Source: a virus
Taxonomy: Duplodnaviria; Caudoviricetes
DNA length: 64,000 nt
IMG/VR virus record: IMGVR_UViG_2974692648_000001
Location: 64,001-128,000 of that record
Reading direction: 5' to 3' (one strand)
Positions 58,726-64,000 of this stretch are shown here, piece by piece. The translations under genes and the position numbers were made by a program. The notes beneath the pieces were generated by a model. It saw nothing but the letters and a program-made list of their open reading frames with translations. It did not search any database and was not told where the DNA came from. How positions within the stretch are numbered: the first letter of the stretch is position 1; each line of letters begins with the position of its first letter.

Positions 58726-59745
58726 ATGAAAAAATTAATACAAGCTATAAAAACCACCTTAGGTGGGCTCGATGTAAACTTTGTTCCTTTTGCAACTGAG
58801 GTGAGTGGAGACCATAATGTTGTTTTGGAATGCCGATCTCCTGAAGATTGGAAGTTAAGGACAGCTGAACAAGAAGACATCTTAACTTGTAGTCAAGGTA
58901 AGGTGGACGTAATTTTTAAAGAACACCCTAATAAGTTCAACTACTTAATCGGACGTTTAGGTGACGCAGTAAACCTAGCTTACTTAGACCACCGTGACAT
59001 CAATCGATGGATTCCTAGAATTGTGGATCGTGATATCACGCGTGGTTATTTTAACCTACTCGTTACGATCCGAACTATTCTTCGACACCTAAAAGCTAAT
59101 GAAGAAGATTTCCCGTTCCCAATTAAGTTGAATGAAGATACTACTTTACCTATGTTTCTAGGTCGTTACAGCGATCACCCAGACTTAATCCTTTGGTCCT
59201 TTGAATTGGAAGGGACTGAGATATGGCAGTTCTTGGATGACCCTGAACCTTGTCATACCCCAACGAGTGAACGTTTGGCTATGTGGTGTTCCCGTAATGA
59301 ATTGGTCGTGGATGAGCTAATTCAACAACTCCGCCAAGAGGCAAAGACTCGTTTCGGTGTGGAGTTCCATTACGATCCTCCTGTTGGCCTAACTATTCTG
59401 GCTGAGCTAATGGATCACCCTAAGTACCTTTCTACTTACGGACACTTACCTGCTCCTCATATAGAAGGGACTAAAGATGGTGTTTCTTTATCCTTGAGCC
59501 CTAGTGAAGAACATGGACGTATTTTGGAAGTGGAAATCGAAGATAAGCATTTCTGTGTCTCTGTGGAATCAGGAGCGGTCTTAGATCTACCTGAAGACAT
59601 TCTCCCAAGTGACTACTTAAAATTGAATGTGGTGCTTATCACGTACATTTACAACTACTTTGGGAATCATGATGCGGAACCCTATGGTCGTGTGTTGTTC
59701 TGCGATATGATCGACGAGAAAATCAACCAACTCACCGAGATTTAA
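58726..59745 (+). CDS. hypothetical protein
   Basis: 339 aa ORF, GGAG RBS. Confidence 0.75.
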   Translation: MKKLIQAIKTTLGGLDVNFVPFATEVSGDHNVVLECRSPEDWKLRTAEQEDILTCSQGKVDVIFKEHPNKFNYLIGRLGDAVNLAYLDHRDINRWIPRIVDRDITRGYFNLLVTIRTILRHLKANEEDFPFPIKLNEDTTLPMFLGRYSDHPDLILWSFELEGTEIWQFLDDPEPCHTPTSERLAMWCSRNELVVDELIQQLRQEAKTRFGVEFHYDPPVGLTILAELMDHPKYLSTYGHLPAPHIEGTKDGVSLSLSPSEEHGRILEVEIEDKHFCVSVESGAVLDLPEDILPSDYLKLNVVLITYIYNYFGNHDAEPYGRVLFCDMIDEKINQLTEI

Positions 59746-59748
59746 ATT

Positions 59749-60081
59749 ATGTTAGAAACCCAATTAGAGCTTTACAAAAAGACCATCGAAGAAACTAACC
59801 AAATCACTACCCACGCGCCAACCGGGAAATACTTCAAAGTCCTTAACTTTGAAATTCTGGTGACCGCTACTAAGATATCTGTCCCGGGAACCGATAACCT
59901 CCCAGCGCTAGAAACCAGCAAACTGGACCCAGTAGAACGTGAATTACTCGTCGGCGTCAAGAAGGTTTTTGAGGGACCTTATTTAAGTGCAACGGATATC
60001 TTGCCTGATGGCACCCCATTCCAAAAAGCCTGGGTGGTAGGAGATTACTTATTTGGTCTCACCTTTAAAAAGACTCGATAA
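59749..60081 (+). CDS. hypothetical protein
   Basis: 110 aa ORF. Confidence 0.65.
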   Translation: MLETQLELYKKTIEETNQITTHAPTGKYFKVLNFEILVTATKISVPGTDNLPALETSKLDPVERELLVGVKKVFEGPYLSATDILPDGTPFQKAWVVGDYLFGLTFKKTR

Positions 60082-60088
60082 GTAACTT

Positions 60089-60176
60089 TAGACTGTGCCT
60101 TTGAATTTTATTGATCAAAAAACTTCACTCTCTCAAAAAAAGTGAAAACTCAGTAAAAATAATAAGGTACAGTCTA
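60089..60176 (+). promoter_or_regulatory. long imperfect RNA hairpin sequestering the RBS and start of 60176..60628
   Basis: Nested pairings: TAGACTGTGCCTT with AAGGTACAGTCTA, TTTTATTGA with TCAGTAAAA, TTCACT with AGTGAA. Confidence 0.65.
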
Positions 60177-60628
60177 TGAAAGCGTCACTAGCGGAAATGA
60201 TTAAGCGTTTGGTAATCTCACAACACGGTATTAGTTTAGATGGGGAATTCGAAGTCAACTTTGACACCATCAAACAAAACCCAGATTATCCAGATCGTTT
60301 CACGGCAGAGGGGTTTAACAACGGCAAACGAATTCCATTATCTTGGAAACGTGTAAGTATCACACCTAAACTCAATGACCTTTGTAACACCCAGGGTGAA
60401 CGAAAGCATGGAGAAGAAGGGTTGTACTACGACGAAGGTGCCATGCATCATTATGTTGCTGTTCGTCCTAACCACAAGCTCGAAGACATTAACCGCTTAC
60501 TAGGTTCTTCTTTTACGGAAGATCAACTCTTATTTAAACCGGAAGGTTTTGAAGGCCGTTGGGTATTAAACCACCCATGTTATTACGGTCGTATTTTCAC
60601 CAACGTCTTGCTACCTGAAGCAAGCTAA
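60176..60628 (+). CDS. stand-alone member of the shared N-terminal domain family
   Basis: GLYYDEG...V.VRPNHKLEDINRLLGSSF aligns with GLYYVED...LVVKESMSILDIQKLLGFEF of 53272..57798. Confidence 0.6.
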   Translation: MKASLAEMIKRLVISQHGISLDGEFEVNFDTIKQNPDYPDRFTAEGFNNGKRIPLSWKRVSITPKLNDLCNTQGERKHGEEGLYYDEGAMHHYVAVRPNHKLEDINRLLGSSFTEDQLLFKPEGFEGRWVLNHPCYYGRIFTNVLLPEAS

Positions 60629-60648
60629 TAGATTAAGGTTTTATAACC

Positions 60649-61173
60649 ATGAGCAAGGAAATAATTTTTATAAAAATGGCAGAGGATTTTGCTAGTTCAG
60701 TTGTCTCTCTACGTAAAAGCAGTGAGTCTGCTTGTTTGCGTGGAATCTCTACTCGGCTTAATGATGCTCGTCGTCAAGTACATCGTGAAGTAACACACCT
60801 AGGGGCGAAACCGGGAACACTCACTGTTTCCAACTGCATTCAAATGACGGTTTTACCTAAAGGGTTTACTTCTACACTGAACACCAAACTCGGTCTCAAG
60901 AACGGACTCAAGTACAAAGAGTTCCCTGTCACCAATGATTTGAAGCGGGTATTACCGGAAGAGTTTTTCCGTCATATTTGCGTAGAGTCTTACCGTCTTG
61001 CTAAAGAAGAAAATGGTAAGTACTTTACAGGTGAAGATTTACAAGAACGCTTTGTAGACCAACTCAATAATCATTTACCTGAAGACAGTCGTTTGGGATT
61101 AAGTGGGACGATATTCAACCCCCACACTCCTAGCGCGTCTTTTAACCTAGTGTTAACGGATTTGGTAGAATGA
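60649..61173 (+). CDS. hypothetical protein
   Basis: 174 aa ORF. Confidence 0.7.
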   Translation: MSKEIIFIKMAEDFASSVVSLRKSSESACLRGISTRLNDARRQVHREVTHLGAKPGTLTVSNCIQMTVLPKGFTSTLNTKLGLKNGLKYKEFPVTNDLKRVLPEEFFRHICVESYRLAKEENGKYFTGEDLQERFVDQLNNHLPEDSRLGLSGTIFNPHTPSASFNLVLTDLVE

Positions 61174-61174
61174 T

Positions 61175-61672
61175 ATGGATACTGACCTCCCTGACCTCCC
61201 TGATGACATAGACGTCTCCAGGTCGGCATTGTACTCGCACCAACAATACTGGTGTGTGGTGGAAAAACGGGAAGGTAAGTGGTTAGGTTACGTTGGTTCC
61301 TCCGGTAAGGGGAACCAACGTACCAAGTATGCTGCTTTTACTATTTTCCGACCAGTTCACTCTAACGATCTAGTTAGTGTGTTATTTGAATTCTTAACCA
61401 ACCAACATTTATTTAATCAGTTCAGTCGTCGAACTTACAAGTTCGTATTAGCGACTTTAAAACAATTACTCGACACTTTAGATGAAACAGAGTGGAAGGT
61501 AAATTATCGTAATCGTAAGGCATCCCTCTACTTAAAAGAAGGTCGTAAGATCGGATTGAAGGTAGCAGGTACACACAATCTTATTTTAAACATAGATGAC
61601 TGGAAACCAAGCATAGTAGATAAACGAGTCTTTCAGCATCATCACTTCATTAAGGAATCTTTCCATGCATAA
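61175..61672 (+). CDS. hypothetical protein
   Basis: 165 aa ORF. Confidence 0.7.
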   Translation: MDTDLPDLPDDIDVSRSALYSHQQYWCVVEKREGKWLGYVGSSGKGNQRTKYAAFTIFRPVHSNDLVSVLFEFLTNQHLFNQFSRRTYKFVLATLKQLLDTLDETEWKVNYRNRKASLYLKEGRKIGLKVAGTHNLILNIDDWKPSIVDKRVFQHHHFIKESFHA

Positions 61673-62156
61673 AGAAACTATTTTTAAGGGACGTCGTTTT
61701 TCTCTTAGCACACAAACCACTTCTACAATTGAATCAGAGATGAGTGGGAATTACGGGGTCTTAGTGATCTCCCTTGATAACGGTCAGGAAACTACCACCA
61801 TTAGACGCACTTATCCAAAAAGCTTCATCGACGGGTTTTATGGTAGTGAAGAATGGGGTCCGCAAAACTTAACCCAAATCTTATTGGGGTTATTCTTGAT
61901 TGAACCTAATGGTGTGATCACGCTAAGCCGCACACCTCGCACTTGTCTATCCATACTCATTAATGTATACCGTGAAGAGTTCTGCATCCAAGGTTGCTAC
62001 TTCTATACCAAGTTAGACTTCAGTATGGATTACGTTCGAATTTCTTCTCAAATCGAAGAAGACGTTATGATCGAAACCCCTAACATTCGTGAACTTACGA
62101 CCACGATGCTAACCGTGATCATGGAAGCTTCAGAACGTTACTCTAAAAAGCGATAA
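61665..62156 (+). CDS. hypothetical protein
   Basis: 163 aa ORF, AAGGA RBS. Confidence 0.7.
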   Translation: MHKETIFKGRRFSLSTQTTSTIESEMSGNYGVLVISLDNGQETTTIRRTYPKSFIDGFYGSEEWGPQNLTQILLGLFLIEPNGVITLSRTPRTCLSILINVYREEFCIQGCYFYTKLDFSMDYVRISSQIEEDVMIETPNIRELTTTMLTVIMEASERYSKKR

Positions 62157-62161
62157 ACATG

Positions 62162-62196
62162 TATAATCTCCTACCCACACAGGGTAGGAGATTATA
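62162..62196. terminator. bidirectional terminator (repeated hairpin family)
   Basis: TATAATCTCCTACCC-ACACA-GGGTAGGAGATTATA. Confidence 0.8.
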
Positions 62197-62210
62197 GTTA
62201 CTTTATTTTT

Positions 62211-64000
62211 TTAGAACAAATCCATAGGACTAGCGGAGGTAACAACTTTTGGTACGAATGCTGCTTCATCCCATAATACTTTATCAGGATCGAATAAATC
62301 CTCCGTACCAGCCACACCCACTAAGGTGACATCATCACCGTGTTGCACTGACATGATTTGTGCAACTTGCTGCTTACTCCACTCCATGATATCCAAGTTA
62401 CGACCAGTGACGTTTTCACGCCCATTGGTGTCTAACTCGAAAATGTATGCGAAGGTTGGCGCGGTTTGACCCTGACGGTGGACACGAGCAATGGTTTGAG
62501 TCATAATGTACTCTCGCCAAGGTGCGTTCATACACAACACCTGGTTAGCCATAAGTAGAGGATAACCGGTAGATAAAGATTTGAACGTCGTGATCAGAGG
62601 GTTCTTGGCATCCTTCAGTTCAAACTCTTTAACTAGACGATCTCGATCGTTTGTGTTTTCTCCGTAAACGAAGATAGTATCGTAACCCTGACGACTCAAG
62701 TAGTCATCACATTCGTAGACTACGTCAACGTGATCCGTAAAGATCAACGTTTTCTTTTCTACATGATCAATGTACTTAGGGAGATCGGCATATTCCACCA
62801 AAGCCTTAACAGCTTCGATACGAGCTTTACCCAACACGTTACCTAACGCTTCACCTTGTATCTTCAGACCAACGTATTTAACAATGGACTTAGCATTACG
62901 GAAGTGTTTGCGGTCAGTAGGTGCCATCCAAGTTTCGATATCCAACTCAATAGCCTTTGCACGTTTAGACAATTCCGCGTCAGTAAAGTTATTGTAACCT
63001 TCTTTACGGAATTTATTTACGATGGTGAGGTACTCATCTAATTCGGCTAAAGCTTGCAAGTCATTACGCTTACTACAATAAACACGATAATCGGAAATCA
63101 CTTGGTTAAAGTAATCAACGTATTTATCCATGTTGTTAGAGTAATACTTGTAGCGGTCTTGGATGTAAGTTTGCATCTGATTACGGATGGAATCCAAAGT
63201 GAAGTGTTCCGCATTAGGGACTTTAACCTTGACTCGTTCCGCAGGAGGTGCGTCACCCATACCGTCTAATACCGCAATGGTGTATTTCTCTGCACCGATA
63301 CGGTGAGCCAACAGCTCATTAAGTTTGTCGCGAGAACGACCATAACCGTCCAGAAAGGCTTTACGAACGTTACCCTTAAAGAACCCATCAATAAGACAAA
63401 AGACCGCGTACGACTCTTTACCAATGCCTTTAATAGGAGTACCTGACATAGGTAATGCGTCTGTGAACTTGTAGACTTCATTATACTCGATGAGTTTCTT
63501 AGTCCGTTTAGAGTTAGGGTCGTTGAAGTTGTGACATTCGTCGACGATCATTTTAAACGCAGGATTCCCGGCATTAAACTGATTAATCATTCTCATGTAT
63601 TTGTCACACAACGGATCCAACATAAACTCATAATGGATAAAGTAATACTCGTCGTCTTTTTGAGGGGGACGTCCCATTTTAGAATGCCAGAACTTCGGTG
63701 GTTTAACCCATACTTCATGTTTGATGTTATTGGTCATGTGGTTCGCCCACACTTCGTCAATCACGTTGAGAGGAACAAACCCAACAGTCTTACCTTTGGG
63801 TAACGATTCAGCCCACATCAAAGATAACGCCGTGTTATGGGTCACGATGTAGTCATCGGTGATGTAAAGATGATCAGGACCTTCCACCATTATACATTGG
63901 GTGAGTTGGTCTTCTTTTCGGGTGATGTTCTTGATTCGAATACGGTCAAGCCCTAAATGGGTTTCTACCAACCATCCATCAGATTCAGGGATTAACTTGG
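62211..64000 (-). CDS. SNF2-like superfamily 2 helicase with intein, 5' part outside the window
   Basis: IVDECHN (DExH), MSGTP, QTIARVHRQGQ; the frame is open to the window end. Confidence 0.85.
   Translation of the reverse strand, partial: KLIPESDGWLVETHLGLDRIRIKNITRKEDQLTQCIMVEGPDHLYITDDYIVTHNTALSLMWAESLPKGKTVGFVPLNVIDEVWANHMTNNIKHEVWVKPPKFWHSKMGRPPQKDDEYYFIHYEFMLDPLCDKYMRMINQFNAGNPAFKMIVDECHNFNDPNSKRTKKLIEYNEVYKFTDALPMSGTPIKGIGKESYAVFCLIDGFFKGNVRKAFLDGYGRSRDKLNELLAHRIGAEKYTIAVLDGMGDAPPAERVKVKVPNAEHFTLDSIRNQMQTYIQDRYKYYSNNMDKYVDYFNQVISDYRVYCSKRNDLQALAELDEYLTIVNKFRKEGYNNFTDAELSKRAKAIELDIETWMAPTDRKHFRNAKSIVKYVGLKIQGEALGNVLGKARIEAVKALVEYADLPKYIDHVEKKTLIFTDHVDVVYECDDYLSRQGYDTIFVYGENTNDRDRLVKEFELKDAKNPLITTFKSLSTGYPLLMANQVLCMNAPWREYIMTQTIARVHRQGQTAPTFAYIFELDTNGRENVTGRNLDIMEWSKQQVAQIMSVQHGDDVTLVGVAGTEDLFDPDKVLWDEAAFVPKVVTSASPMDLF
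63834..64000 (-). mobile_element. C-terminal part of an intein
   Basis: CIMVEGPDHLYITDDYIVTHN followed by Thr: intein blocks F and G with terminal His-Asn and a +1 nucleophile. Confidence 0.85.

Noticed and set aside
60089-60176. Miniature transposon or ordinary terminator explanation for the long inverted repeat
   Set aside because: No target-site duplication, no second copy seen, and no U-tract after the stem; strand-specific G-U pairs and RBS overlap favour a translational structure
1-64000. CRISPR array, tRNA or rRNA genes
   Set aside because: No regularly spaced direct repeats or cloverleaf sequences were seen; intergenic gaps are short and explained by terminators and promoters
1-64000. 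Alternative genetic code (stop codon reassignment)
   Set aside because: Long conserved genes are intact in code 11, and TAA, TGA and TAG all end genes at sensible junctions
1-64000. Chimallin or PhuZ tubulin genes
   Set aside because: Not recognisable in this window; nucleus formation is inferred only from relatedness to phiKZ-like phages

Overview
This is a 64 kb segment of a phiKZ-like jumbo myophage genome (Chimalliviridae-type). It is densely coding in the standard code, and the host is probably Vibrio, inferred from capsid-gene codon usage. It contains the conserved block DnaB helicase, major capsid protein, non-virion RNAP beta-like subunit, putative portal and virion proteins, RuvC, a holin-like gene and spanin pair, four tail/baseplate fibre paralogs, central spike and SbcC ATPase. 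Accessory and metabolic genes follow: HAD phosphatase, NAD-dependent ligase, RNase H, an Acb1-like 2H phosphoesterase, a GroEL-like chaperonin, thymidine kinase and a large Ig-repeat protein. The window ends inside an intein-containing SNF2-like helicase. The most unusual items are a thymidylate-synthase pseudoenzyme with its catalytic residues replaced, a protein made only of tandem AraC-type DNA-binding units, a shared N-terminal 'anchor' domain in three genes, an 88-nt hairpin that buries the RBS of the anchor-only gene, and a family of glycine-zipper membrane proteins. All assignments come from reading motifs and recalling synteny by eye; no database searches were run.
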